Assembly (NCBI GenBank): GCA_965223545.1 | Contig: OZ245006.1 | Span: 1,248,001 to 1,312,000, forward strand | Reading direction: 5' to 3' | DNA: 64,000 bases | DNA from: Planctomycetota bacterium | GTDB lineage: Bacteria > Planctomycetota > UBA1135 > UBA2386 | In this document: positions 30,997 to 40,656 of the stretch, in pieces | Position numbering within the stretch: position 1 is the stretch's first letter | Layout of the letters: each line of letters begins with the position of its first letter | Program-made: the position numbers and the translations under genes | Notes under the pieces: model-generated | What the model saw: the letters and a program-made list of their open reading frames with translations, nothing else | The model's database searches: none | Told to the model about the DNA's origin: nothing

Positions 30997-31407
30997 TCAG
31001 TGGGTGATCTTCGGCTCCATCTCCTTGGCCTGCGTGATCCAGTCGGTCACGGTCGCCAGAGCTGGCGTGGCCTTGGCCAACTGCTTCTCGTCGTTGACCT
31101 CCTTCATCTTGGCCGTCAGGTTCTCGGCGTTGCGCGTCCGCAACTCCTTGACGGTGTCCACGCCCGCGCACTCGAGCATCTCGGCGTACTGCTTGCCGAC
31201 GCCGGAGATCCGCATCAGGTCGGCCATGTTGGCCCACTTGAGCAGCAGGGTCTCGCTGATGCCGGTGGCGTCGGCCGACGCCTTGCGGCCGGCCTTGTCG
31301 CAGCACTTCTCGAGAAAGTCGTCCGTCGTGTTGAAGCCGGCTTCCTTCAGCTTGGCGCCGTAGGCGGGACCGATGCCTTCGACTTCTTCAATGGGGTAGC
31401 TGGGCAT
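30997..31407 (-). CDS. DUF4332 helix-hairpin-helix protein
   Basis: IEEVEGIGPAYGAKL..AG, WANMADLMRISGVG.QYAEMLE.AGVDTVKEL..RNAENL. Confidence 0.9.
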   Translation of the reverse strand: MPSYPIEEVEGIGPAYGAKLKEAGFNTTDDFLEKCCDKAGRKASADATGISETLLLKWANMADLMRISGVGKQYAEMLECAGVDTVKELRTRNAENLTAKMKEVNDEKQLAKATPALATVTDWITQAKEMEPKITH

Positions 31408-31508
31408 GGATTCCTCGTCGATTCAGGGGCGGTTGGGAGCCGCGTCGGTGCCCGGAATATAGCCAGGCGATGGCCGATTGCGACACTCCGAACGATTAGC
31501 ATGCGCGC

Positions 31509-33179
31509 ATGCCGACCGACAACGAAATCGCACGCTCCGCAAACGTGCGCCCGATCGCCGAGGTCGCCGCAGACCTCGGCCTGGCGCCGGGCGACTGGCG
31601 GCCGTACGGGCACGACATCGCCAAGGTCGACCCCGGTGTGTTGCGTCGCCCGCGCTCGCGCGACGGCGACTGCCGGCTGATCCTGGTCTCCGCGATCACT
31701 CCGACCCCGGCCGGAGAAGGCAAGACCACGACCAGCATCGGCCTCGCGCAGGGCCTGAACCGGATCGGCAAGCACGCCTGTCTCGCGCTGCGCGAACCGT
31801 CGCTCGGACCGTCGTTCGGCATGAAAGGTGGAGCGACGGGCGGCGGCTACAGCCAGGTCGTGCCGCGCGAACGCATCAACCTGCACTTCACCGGCGACTT
31901 CCACGCCGTCACCTCCGCCCACAATCTGCTCGCCGCCATCCTCGACAACCAGATCTACTTCGGCAACCAGCTGCGTATCGACCCGCGCCGCATCCTCTGG
32001 CGCCGGGTGATGGACATGAACGACCGCGCGCTGCGCAACACGATCGTCGGCCTCGGCGGACCGATGCAGGGTGTGCCGCGCGAGACCGGCTTCGACATCA
32101 CGGCCGCCTCCGAGGTGATGGCGATGCTGTGCCTGGCCGAGAACGAGAACGACCTGCGCGCCCGGATCGACCGCCTGCTGGTCGGCTTCGGCTACGAGGG
32201 CGAGCCGATCACCGCCGAGCGGCTGTCGGCGTCGGGGGCGATGCTCGCGCTGTTGCGCGACGCACTGTGGCCCAACATGGTGCAGACGCTCGAGGGAACG
32301 CCGGCGTTCATCCACGGCGGGCCCTTCGCCAACATCGCGCACGGTTGCAACAGCGTGATCGCCACCAAGATGGCGATGCACCTGGGCGACTACGCGGTGA
32401 CCGAGGCCGGCTTCGGCTTCGATCTCGGCGCCGAGAAGTTCTTCGACATCAAGTGCCGCAAGGCGGGCCTACAGACCTCTGCGGTGGTACTCGTCGCGAC
32501 CGTGCGCGCCCTCAAACTGCACGGCGGTGCGGAGTTGCGCACGCTGTCGCGCCCCGACCCGGAGCGCACGCGGGCAGGTCTGCCCAACCTGGACAAGCAC
32601 ATCGAGAGCATCCGCCAGTTCGGCGGCCGCCCGGTGGTCGCCCTCAACCGCTTCGCCGACGACACCGACGACGAGATCGCGGTCGTGCGTGCGCGGTGCG
32701 AGGAGCTCGGCGTGTCGTTCGCGGTTTCCGACCATCACGCGCGGGGCGGCGAGGGTGCCGAAGAGCTCGCCCGGGCAGTCGTCGAGAAGGCCGAGCACGG
32801 CGCCGGCAAGTTCCAGCCGCTCTACGAGCTCGAGATGTCCGTGCCCGACAAGATCCTCGCGGTGGCGAAGTCGATGTACGGCGCGCGCGGAGTGACGTTC
32901 ACCAAAGAAGCCAAGCGAGACCTCGCCGACATCGAGCGCCTCGGCTTCGCCAACCTGCCGGTGTGCATCGCCAAGACGCCGGCCTCGCTCTCCGACGACC
33001 CCAAGCTGCACGGCCGGCCGCAGGACTTCGAGGTCACCGTGCGCAACATCCAGATCAACGCGGGCGCCGGCTTCCTGGTGGTGCTGACCGGCACCATCCT
33101 GCGCATGCCCGGCCTACCGCGGAAGCCGCTCGCCGAGCAGATCGATCTGCGCAACGGCGAGATCTCGGGGATGGCGTAG
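31509..33179 (+). CDS. fhs: Formate--tetrahydrofolate ligase
   Basis: SAITPTPAGEGKTTT, LREPSLGPSFGMKGGATGGGYSQV, INLHFTGDFHA, GGPFANIAHGCNS, TEAGFGFDLGAEKF, MPGLP. Confidence 0.97.
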   Translation: MPTDNEIARSANVRPIAEVAADLGLAPGDWRPYGHDIAKVDPGVLRRPRSRDGDCRLILVSAITPTPAGEGKTTTSIGLAQGLNRIGKHACLALREPSLGPSFGMKGGATGGGYSQVVPRERINLHFTGDFHAVTSAHNLLAAILDNQIYFGNQLRIDPRRILWRRVMDMNDRALRNTIVGLGGPMQGVPRETGFDITAASEVMAMLCLAENENDLRARIDRLLVGFGYEGEPITAERLSASGAMLALLRDALWPNMVQTLEGTPAFIHGGPFANIAHGCNSVIATKMAMHLGDYAVTEAGFGFDLGAEKFFDIKCRKAGLQTSAVVLVATVRALKLHGGAELRTLSRPDPERTRAGLPNLDKHIESIRQFGGRPVVALNRFADDTDDEIAVVRARCEELGVSFAVSDHHARGGEGAEELARAVVEKAEHGAGKFQPLYELEMSVPDKILAVAKSMYGARGVTFTKEAKRDLADIERLGFANLPVCIAKTPASLSDDPKLHGRPQDFEVTVRNIQINAGAGFLVVLTGTILRMPGLPRKPLAEQIDLRNGEISGMA

Positions 33180-33205
33180 CCGGCCGACTGCAGCGGTCAC
33201 GGACT

Positions 33206-33496
33206 TCAGCGATCGACGTCGAGGACCGCGATCAGGTCCATCATCTGCTCGATCTGCGCCTGGCTGCCCCTGACCAACACGCTGTTGGTCGCGGCGTCCG
33301 CGGCCACGCGCGCGCCAGGCTTCGACTCGATGAGGCGGTTCACCGTGCTGGCCACCGCATCCGCTGCGGCGTACTCGAGCCGGATGACACGCGCCTGCTC
33401 CGTGGTATCGGGCGCGGGAGACTGGCGCAGCTCGCCGCCGGTGCTGCACGCAGCGGCAGCGAACGCTGCGACAAGGACGAGGCGTGGAGTTCGCAT
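33206..33496 (-). CDS. Small lipoprotein with a single Secretin_N (NolW-like) domain
   Basis: Lipobox FAAAAC; RVIRLEYAAADAVA.TV..RVAADAATNSVLVRG...IEQM.DLI..LD. Confidence 0.75.
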   Translation of the reverse strand: MRTPRLVLVAAFAAAACSTGGELRQSPAPDTTEQARVIRLEYAAADAVASTVNRLIESKPGARVAADAATNSVLVRGSQAQIEQMMDLIAVLDVDR

Positions 33497-33576
33497 ACCA
33501 TAGAGACGTCCCGGCAACCCGCTCCTTGCGCCGGCCCGGCGAAAGAACCCAATCCTCCGGCGGCCGCCGGCAGTTT

Positions 33577-33611
33577 TGCGGATTTTGTCGACCATCGCGC
33601 GCGGTGAAGAC
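33577..33611 (+). promoter_or_regulatory. Candidate ECF promoter of the FG-GAP gene
   Basis: TGCGGATTTTGTCGAC-N16-GAC; 15 of 16 nt identical to the motif at the 5' end of the ECF sigma gene (39258-39292, minus strand). Confidence 0.55.
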
Positions 33612-33661
33612 CCCTCCCGACCGACACCCGCCGCATATCCGCGGCTTCTAAGGAGACACCC

Positions 33662-35494
33662 TTGCATTCATCCGTCCTTCACACCGGACTCGTTCTCGCC
33701 GTGCTCTCGTCCAGCGCGACGGCCCAGTACCTCGCCACCCCTCAGCACATCGCGCGAGACCTCCCCCTGGACAAAGCCGGCCCCGCCGCCAGCCCGCAGG
33801 CCGGCGACTTCAACGGCGACGTGATCCCGGACCTCGCCTACGTCGACGAGGGGACCGGCACGTTCGTCGTCGTCTGGAGCACCACGGGCATCGCGCAGTA
33901 CACCAACTCGGCCGACTCCGGCATCCTCGGCGTCTCGGCGATCGCGGCCCTCGACGTCGCCACGGGCGCCGACGGGCTGATCGCGGTCGGTCCCGGCGGC
34001 GCGCGGTTGGTGGCCTACGACGAAACCTCGCAGAGCTTTGTCACCAACAGCATCCCGAGCTGGAGCGGAGTCCGGCAGGTCGTCGCCGAGGAACACTCGG
34101 GAGGCCATTTCATCGCCGGCCTCAACGACGCAGGCGACGAGGTCCGCGCCGGCGTTTGGTCACCGGCGACGGGGTTCACGGCACTTGCCACGATCGCCAC
34201 GTCCGGTGCCCTCGACGTCGCCATCGCCGACTGGGAAGACTTCGACAGCGCGGTCGACCCCGAGATCATCGTCCGCACCCAGAACGAGTTGCTCGTCCAC
34301 GATCCGATCACCGGCGTGCTGCGCCACACCGAGTCGAAGCCGAGCACGGTCGCCAACGGCAGCGTGACGAGAGTCGAAGCCGGAGGCGCCGACCAGATCG
34401 CGTGGGTGCGCTGGAACGCCACCAAGTGGCGGCTCCACCTGTTCGCGGACGGCAACCAACTGCAGGCCTTCAACCTCGACCTACAGCCGCTGACCTTGCC
34501 GGCGTCGAACCTGGTCAACCTGTCGGCGGGCGACTACGACGGCGACGGCTTCGAAGACCTCTTGTTCTACGAAACGACGACGCAGTACCTGGTCGTCTTC
34601 CACCACCAAGCCAGCCCTCCCGGCTACATGCTCGAGGAGTACTATCTGGTCGACGACGGCACCCCCGATCCGGTCACCGATACCGCGCACGCCCTGTTCG
34701 CCGACATCAACAACGACTGGAACGAAGAGAACGCCGGTCAGCTGCTACTGCAGCTCGCCGATCTGATCGTTGTTCAGGAGTCGCAGGGGGGCGCAACGGG
34801 CGGAATCTCAATGCACGTCGACCTGGACAACACGTTCAAGGACGCGCACTTACTCGACCAGCCCACGGAACCCCCACCGCCTCCGTTCTTGATTCCGGTC
34901 GAGGACTATCCGCCGGAGTACACGCTGGGTTCGACCCAGTACGTCGGCACGAACTCGAACCTCGAGATCGGCCTCGAAGCGCCGCATTGGGCGACGCACA
35001 TCCAGGTGACCGCGTGGCGCTACGATTCGCCATGCTGCGAGAGCGGTGGCTCCACCTGCCCCGTCGTCGACATGGAGCTGGAGTGCAACAAGCTGACCGT
35101 GGTGGACCCCAGCATGGTGACGACCACGGTGGCGACCACGGTTACCCAACAGAACGCCAATGCGGCCGGGCAGTCCTGGTCCACGGACGAGCTGCACTAT
35201 CTGCAGGTCCGGTTTCTCGAGCTCGACGCGGCACTGGAGATCGTGCGCAGCACCGAGGTCTATCTGTACGCGGTGATCGCCGACGAGACGCTGAGCTCGT
35301 CTGCCAACTACTGGAGCGGCCTCGACTGCATCGCGCCGCCCGGGGCAGAGGAGGACAGCGTCGGTCAGGAGGGCGTGACCACTGGTGGAAGGATCATCGG
35401 CGCCATCAAGCTGCGCGACATCAAGGGCAAAGAAACCTTCCCGAACACACCGCAGCCGGTCCCCAACCAGGTCGGCACCTGCGTTTCGTCCTGA
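33662..35494 (+). CDS. Secreted FG-GAP/VCBS repeat protein with a Cys-containing C-terminal region
   Basis: AAGGAG RBS and TTG start; signal peptide (..SSSATA-Q); AGDFNGDVIPDL, IADWED, AGDYDGDGFEDLL, FADINND. Confidence 0.8.
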   Translation: MHSSVLHTGLVLAVLSSSATAQYLATPQHIARDLPLDKAGPAASPQAGDFNGDVIPDLAYVDEGTGTFVVVWSTTGIAQYTNSADSGILGVSAIAALDVATGADGLIAVGPGGARLVAYDETSQSFVTNSIPSWSGVRQVVAEEHSGGHFIAGLNDAGDEVRAGVWSPATGFTALATIATSGALDVAIADWEDFDSAVDPEIIVRTQNELLVHDPITGVLRHTESKPSTVANGSVTRVEAGGADQIAWVRWNATKWRLHLFADGNQLQAFNLDLQPLTLPASNLVNLSAGDYDGDGFEDLLFYETTTQYLVVFHHQASPPGYMLEEYYLVDDGTPDPVTDTAHALFADINNDWNEENAGQLLLQLADLIVVQESQGGATGGISMHVDLDNTFKDAHLLDQPTEPPPPPFLIPVEDYPPEYTLGSTQYVGTNSNLEIGLEAPHWATHIQVTAWRYDSPCCESGGSTCPVVDMELECNKLTVVDPSMVTTTVATTVTQQNANAAGQSWSTDELHYLQVRFLELDAALEIVRSTEVYLYAVIADETLSSSANYWSGLDCIAPPGAEEDSVGQEGVTTGGRIIGAIKLRDIKGKETFPNTPQPVPNQVGTCVSS

Positions 35495-35503
35495 CCGGAC
35501 CGC

Positions 35504-37960
35504 TCACGGCAGGGGTCGATCGCCGCGCCCGTAGACGATCGTCTGCGCGCGCACGAAGCGCGTGGTCCAACCGGCGCCGGCGAGGTCCCGCCGCGCCCGC
35601 TGCACGGCCTCCGCCGGACTGAGCCGCTGCTGCAGTCCACGGTGGACGCGCTCGGCGAACTCGACCTCCTCGCCGAGCTCGACCTCGGCGACCGAGACGA
35701 CGACCGTGTGCGCGCCGGCGCGGAACAGGGCGCCGCCCAGCGTCGTGGCCAACGGACTGTCGCCCGGCCGGCGGTAACCGCTCCCAGCCTTGCAGGAGGA
35801 CAGCAAACACAAGCCAGGGACCTGCATGCCGGCGATGGTCTCGAAGTCGACCACCGCATCGGCCAGCGCCAGGGCGGCGCCCAGCTCGCGCCCGTCGTGG
35901 ACATGATGCGCAACGAGATGGAACACACTGGCACTCGTGCCGGACAGCGAGGCGAGCGCCGCGGCCGTCGCCTCGGAATCGAACAGCAGCTGCGCCTCGG
36001 AACCGACCGCCGCGCTGAAGCGGGCACGCAACCTCGCCGGAAAGGGGATCGGCTCCAGCCCCGCGCGGGCCGCGCCTTCGGCGTGCGTATCCGTGCACGC
36101 CACGACGACCGCCGAGTACGCGGGCTCGAGCTCACCGCTGCCCTCCAAGGCCAACCGCAACGGCAGCGAGCCGATCTCGACGATCGGCAGCCGCTCGCCG
36201 AGCAGGGCGTCGCCCTCGCCATCGGCCGCCGGCACGACCAGGGTTGAGAACGGCACTCCCAGCAAGTCGCCGGCGACCACGGTCGCCCCGCTCCAGGACA
36301 GCACGCGCGCCGCCAGGCCAGCGGACGACGGCAGAATCTCGGCCGACAGGGCCCGAGCGCTCTCGACGAGCGCGTTCTCGTGAACAGGGTCGGCGCTCAC
36401 GCGCGGGTCTCTCGCCAAACGCCGGTCCAGCTTCACCGCGAGGCTGCGCACGTCGGCTCCGCGGGGCAGCCGCACGCACTCGGTGCCGGCCTCGTCGAGC
36501 ACGAACAGGTAGGATCCATACGGGCCCGGAACAAACACCAAGACCCCCGCCCCATCGCGGACCAACACTCGGCGCACGTCCGCGACCGAGCACTGCGGCG
36601 CGCCGCGGGCCAACGCGAGGCTGTTGCAGCGCTGGACCTCCAACACCGCTTGCAGAGCGCGTTCGACTCCCTGGTCCGCATCCAACGCAAGGGCCAACTC
36701 GATGCGCTCGGAGACGATGTAGCGCCGGTCATCGAACCGCAAGAAGCCCAACCCCCCAGGCCGCTCACCCTGCGCGGCCCAGCTGCGGAGCATCTCCGAC
36801 AGCGTCGCGGCCACGCGATCGCGATGATCACGCAGCTCGGCATCAGATTCGCCCTGAAGCCGCGCCAGCCGGCTGCGCAGCGCTGGCCAGTGCGGGCTCT
36901 CGGCTCCCTGACCGGCCGCGAGCGCGCGCCGATACTCTTCGCTCTGCCGCCGGGACTCTTCGAGGTCGCCACACTCGAGCGCCAGCTTCATGAGCTTCAG
37001 GTGCCCTTGAATGCGGATCTCCGGGATCAAGTGCGAGTTTTCGAGCCGTTGGCGAAACTCGGCCGCGGCAGCCGCGATCGCCGCGACCCGCTCTGTTGGA
37101 TCTGCGAGTTGGACCGCTTGTAGGTAGCGCGCAAGCGCGAGGTGCATGCGCAGGTAGGCCCGGTGCGCGGGAGACCACTCGACAACCTGGAGCGCTTCTT
37201 CCACTCGGTAGATGACGGCGCGCGCGTGACCGCGCCCCAACTCGAACTCCGCCAATCGCAGCGTGGCGTTCGCCAGCACGCTGGCATCGCCGCTCCGCTG
37301 GGCCAGCTTCCATTCATCGTCGAGGTGCAGTGCGGCCTGATCCGGCACCCCGGTGCGCACGTAGGTCTCCGCGATGATGCCGTGCAGCGATGCCTGGGCG
37401 GCGAGGTCCTCCTTCGTTTTGGCGATCTCGAGCAGCCGCTCCGCCTGCCTTCTCGCCCAGCGGTACTCGCCACGGCGAATGCCGATCTGCGCCAGGATCT
37501 CGCCGCGCAAGAACTCGCCCTGGCGCTCGCCGGGGTTCACCGCCTCGAAGTCGGTCAGCACGCGCGCGGCCAGGTCCAGGAACGCCAAGCGGACCGCAGC
37601 CACCGCCACCGCCAACGTGGCATCGGCCCTGGCTTTGGGGTATGGCCCCGGACCGACGAAGACCGCTCCCGCGCGTGACAGCAGGGCGATGTACTCCTCC
37701 TCGCGCCCCGCGGCACTCTCTCCCGCGATCGCCTCGACGGCGTTCGTGAGGCCGTTGAGCGCTCGACCGGCAGTCGGCGCCGCCTCGGCGGCAATGACGG
37801 CGCGGCGCAGTGACTCCAACCGGTCGACAGCTGCAGTCGGGGTCGGAGCTGGAGTTGGGTCCTGGATCGCGTCCGCGCGCTCGTCACCCGCCTCGCGGCT
37901 CGCAAGCCAGAGCCCAGCGCCAGCGGCCGCCAGCACCAGCAGCAAACGGCTGCCGATCAC
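35504..37960 (-). CDS. CHAT-domain (caspase-like) protein with an N-terminal signal/anchor and TPR-like helices
   Basis: GTG start overlaps the upstream stop; RLLLVLAAAGAGLWL; helical middle; LLGVPFSTL, EAT, VFHLVAHH, LCLLSSCKAG, LFRAGAHTVVVS..EV, SPAEAVQRAR, IVYG. Confidence 0.85.
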   Translation of the reverse strand: MIGSRLLLVLAAAGAGLWLASREAGDERADAIQDPTPAPTPTAAVDRLESLRRAVIAAEAAPTAGRALNGLTNAVEAIAGESAAGREEEYIALLSRAGAVFVGPGPYPKARADATLAVAVAAVRLAFLDLAARVLTDFEAVNPGERQGEFLRGEILAQIGIRRGEYRWARRQAERLLEIAKTKEDLAAQASLHGIIAETYVRTGVPDQAALHLDDEWKLAQRSGDASVLANATLRLAEFELGRGHARAVIYRVEEALQVVEWSPAHRAYLRMHLALARYLQAVQLADPTERVAAIAAAAAEFRQRLENSHLIPEIRIQGHLKLMKLALECGDLEESRRQSEEYRRALAAGQGAESPHWPALRSRLARLQGESDAELRDHRDRVAATLSEMLRSWAAQGERPGGLGFLRFDDRRYIVSERIELALALDADQGVERALQAVLEVQRCNSLALARGAPQCSVADVRRVLVRDGAGVLVFVPGPYGSYLFVLDEAGTECVRLPRGADVRSLAVKLDRRLARDPRVSADPVHENALVESARALSAEILPSSAGLAARVLSWSGATVVAGDLLGVPFSTLVVPAADGEGDALLGERLPIVEIGSLPLRLALEGSGELEPAYSAVVVACTDTHAEGAARAGLEPIPFPARLRARFSAAVGSEAQLLFDSEATAAALASLSGTSASVFHLVAHHVHDGRELGAALALADAVVDFETIAGMQVPGLCLLSSCKAGSGYRRPGDSPLATTLGGALFRAGAHTVVVSVAEVELGEEVEFAERVHRGLQQRLSPAEAVQRARRDLAGAGWTTRFVRAQTIVYGRGDRPLP

Positions 37961-38667
37961 TCCCGCCGCCGCGCCCGCGCGATTCCGAGAATCTGCGGAG
38001 CGCCGGTCGCGTCCGGCTTGACGACGGCCCATACCAAATCGACCGGCAGACTCTCCACCAACTCGCTGCTGTCCCATGTGCGCGCGTGCCCCACGGTCTC
38101 GATGTGAACCGGCGTGAGCTCGGACAGCGCGACTGGCTCGACCGGCTCCCCGCCGAGATCCTCCCCATCATAGAGATACAGCTCGATCGTGTCGGTGACC
38201 GCCAGGCCATCGACGCGCCACTCGAAGACTGGAGCGGCGGCGTACGAGCCGTGCGGACGCATCGAGTCCGTGACGTCAGCCGACACTCCCCCCAAGTAGA
38301 TCCGCGGATCCGCGGGGGCAGCAGCGGACGGCCACGCCCACCACACCAGCGCCGCGACGACCACTGCCGCAGCTCCCACCTTGGCCAACGCCGCTCCACT
38401 CCAGCGCAAACGCGCGGCGCGCGCGCGCGCGCGCGCCGCCGCTGCCTCGAGGTCGAACCCGCGCGCCGCGAGCGCGCGCTCGACCGACCGGTGCTCGCCT
38501 TCCGCGACGCGGTCCAGCCGACCCTGCATTGTCCGCAACCGCTCCAGCCGCGCACCGAACTCCGGCGCACTGCGCAGCGCGTCGCGCACGCTGGGGTCGT
38601 CCTCGCTGAGATCACCCGCCAGAATCGCTGCCAGCATCGTCTCCAACTCCTCGGATCGCTCGCTCAT
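37957..38667 (-). CDS. Putative single-pass membrane anti-sigma factor
   Basis: ATGA-coupled to the sigma gene; helical cytoplasmic N-terminus, TM segment ([16 protein letters not shown]), then a small extracytoplasmic beta domain (IYLGG..RPHG..VFEW..WAV). Confidence 0.65.
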   Translation of the reverse strand: MSERSEELETMLAAILAGDLSEDDPSVRDALRSAPEFGARLERLRTMQGRLDRVAEGEHRSVERALAARGFDLEAAAARARARAARLRWSGAALAKVGAAAVVVAALVWWAWPSAAAPADPRIYLGGVSADVTDSMRPHGSYAAAPVFEWRVDGLAVTDTIELYLYDGEDLGGEPVEPVALSELTPVHIETVGHARTWDSSELVESLPVDLVWAVVKPDATGAPQILGIARARRRE

Positions 38668-39284
38668 GCGCACTCGCCTCCCGCCTGCGACTCGCGCTCC
38701 TCCAACAGGGACTCCAAGCGCGCGATGCCCTTGTAGTAGCGCGCCTTCAGGGTGCTCACCGGGACCTCCAACCGTGCGCCCATCTCCTCGAAGGTCAAGC
38801 CCTCGAAGTGCTTCAGCACCACCGCTTCGGCCTCGACCCCGCCGACCTTGGCGAGGGCCTGCATGACCCGGTCGCGCTCCGCGATCCCATCGTCCCGAGC
38901 GCTGGACACCTCGCTCCCCTCGCGCACCTCGAGCTGGCGCGGCGCACGCCGCGCGCGGCGCACGCCGTTCATCAGCTCCAGTCGACAGATGCGGTAGATC
39001 CAGCTGTCGGCCGGCGCGCGCCCCTCGTACTCGGAGAGCTTCTGCAAGATGATCACCACCGTGTCCTGAGCCAAGTCGGCGAGATCGTGCTCGGAGAGCG
39101 GCCGGCCCAGCCGGGCGTTCTGCGCCCCGAGCATCCTCGGCACACGTTTCAGCAGGTCCGCGAAGTCCCGGATGGCATCTTCCTTTCCGTCGAGCACCCC
39201 GCGGATCGTGGCCAGATCGCTGGCGCACCGCGAATCGGCGGGGACGGGGATGCAGGCGTCGGAGGGTTGCGGGCGAGTCGACAA
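38664..39284 (-). CDS. ECF RNA polymerase sigma factor
   Basis: [26 protein letters not shown] (region 2); [33 protein letters not shown] (region 4). Start uncertain: TTG 39284, ATG 39356 or GTG 39197. Confidence 0.88.
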   Translation of the reverse strand: MSTRPQPSDACIPVPADSRCASDLATIRGVLDGKEDAIRDFADLLKRVPRMLGAQNARLGRPLSEHDLADLAQDTVVIILQKLSEYEGRAPADSWIYRICRLELMNGVRRARRAPRQLEVREGSEVSSARDDGIAERDRVMQALAKVGGVEAEAVVLKHFEGLTFEEMGARLEVPVSTLKARYYKGIARLESLLEERESQAGGECA

Positions 39285-39292
39285 AAACCGCA
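39258..39292 (-). promoter_or_regulatory. Candidate autoregulatory ECF promoter
   Basis: Minus strand reads TGCGGTTTTTGTCGAC-N16-GAC, the same as the motif at 33577-33611. Confidence 0.5.
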
Positions 39293-39455
39293 GAAAGGGC
39301 TGTGGCGCGGCGGGCGGATCCCGATCCCGCGCCGGACCGATGAGGACCCATCCCATTCTGCCCGCAACGCGCGGCCGCAACACCCGGTGTCCCCCCGGAG
39401 ACGCGACCCTCGAGCTTTGGTTTCGCCCCGCGACGCCGCTACTGTCGCGGGTTCG

Positions 39456-39926
39456 ATGCAGCGCCCCTTCCGCATCCTCGGCATCCAGCAGGTCGCCGTC
39501 GGCGCCGCCGACAAGGCGGCGCTCCGACGGCTGTGGGTCGACCTGCTCGGCGCCCGGCCCGTCGGTCACTTCCGCAGCGAGCGCGAGAACGTCGACGAGG
39601 ACATCACCGCGGTCGGCCACGGCGCCCACGCGGTCGAGATCGATCTGATGCAACCGATCGTGCCGCAGGCCAAACCGCGCGTGCACGAGCCGCCGCTCAA
39701 CCACATCGGGCTTTGGGTCGACGACCTCGGGGCGGCCGTGGAGTGGCTCGGCCAGCAGGGCGTCCGCTTCGCGCCGGGCGGCATCCGGCCGGGTGCCGCC
39801 GGGCACGACGTCTGCTTCGTGCACCCCAAGGGCAACGCCGACTTCCCGATCGGCGGCGAGGGGGTGCTGATCGAGCTGGTGCAGGCGCCGGACGACGTGA
39901 TCGCCGCCCTGACCGCGACGGACTGA
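39456..39926 (+). CDS. VOC-family protein, methylmalonyl-CoA epimerase-like
   Basis: [70 protein letters not shown]. Confidence 0.85.
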   Translation: MQRPFRILGIQQVAVGAADKAALRRLWVDLLGARPVGHFRSERENVDEDITAVGHGAHAVEIDLMQPIVPQAKPRVHEPPLNHIGLWVDDLGAAVEWLGQQGVRFAPGGIRPGAAGHDVCFVHPKGNADFPIGGEGVLIELVQAPDDVIAALTATD

Positions 39927-40066
39927 TCGCAGCCGCCCTCCCATGGCACCGAGGGCCTGGTGCCGAGGTGCCGACGACCCCATTTCCGTCCCACCGCACA
40001 GGAGAACCGCCGGTGGTAGGCTTGCTCAAACTCCCTCCGTCACCCCCAGAGAGGACCAAAGAGCCA

Positions 40067-40624
40067 ATGCTGCGCCCCCTTGCCACAACCCTGCTCGCCA
40101 GCCTCGCGCTGGCCTCCACCGCCTCCGCCGACCGCTTCTTCGTCGGCACACCCGAGAGCGAAGCCAAGCTCGCTCACGGCGCCAACTACATCGAAGGCGT
40201 GCTGATCCGCACCACCGACGAAGAGTACGTGATCCGCATCCTCAACGGCGAGATCCGGCTGCCCAAGTCGATGGTCTACAAGATCGAGCAGGACGGACTC
40301 ACCGTCGAGCAGCTCGAGAAGCGCGAGGCCGACCGCGCGGCGACCGCCGCCGAGGCCAACGTCCGCCGCGCCGAAGCCCGCGCCGAGGAAGCCGCGCTGC
40401 GCGAGGAAGAGGCCATCGAGCGCGCGCGCGTCGAAGAGGAAGCGCCGAAGACCGAGCTGACCATCGTCGTCGACTTCCAAGGCGCCCTGCCCGGCTACCG
40501 CTTCAAGACCTACGACCCGGTGTTGCACCGCGCCGACTTCAGCGGCCTCCGCGCCGTCATCGAGGACTACCTGCGCCGTCAGGTCGAAAGGGCTGCCCAT
40601 CGCACCCCGAGCCGGCGCTGGTGA
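40067..40624 (+). CDS. Secreted hypothetical protein (small beta domain plus coiled coil)
   Basis: Signal peptide (..LASTASA-D), IEGVLI..EYVIR..GEIRLPKSMVYKIE, EA/R-rich coil; strong codon bias. Confidence 0.75.
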   Translation: MLRPLATTLLASLALASTASADRFFVGTPESEAKLAHGANYIEGVLIRTTDEEYVIRILNGEIRLPKSMVYKIEQDGLTVEQLEKREADRAATAAEANVRRAEARAEEAALREEEAIERARVEEEAPKTELTIVVDFQGALPGYRFKTYDPVLHRADFSGLRAVIEDYLRRQVERAAHRTPSRRW

Positions 40625-40625
40625 C

Positions 40626-40648
40626 GGTACGGAGCCTGGCTCCGTACC
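40626..40648. terminator. Hairpin between convergent genes, probably a bidirectional terminator
   Basis: Perfect 10-bp stem GGTACGGAGC-ctg-GCTCCGTACC in the 32-bp gap; no long U tract. Confidence 0.55.
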
Positions 40649-40656
40649 TTCACTTG

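Noticed and set aside
38410..38436. (GC)n dinucleotide run as a phase-variation tract
   Set aside because: It encodes ARARARAAR in a GC-rich gene with an intact frame; nothing else supports slippage.
33573..39296. The two motif copies as terminal inverted repeats of a 5.7-kb mobile element
   Set aside because: No transposase or integrase and no target-site duplication; the conserved GAC 16 nt inward fits a bipartite promoter better.
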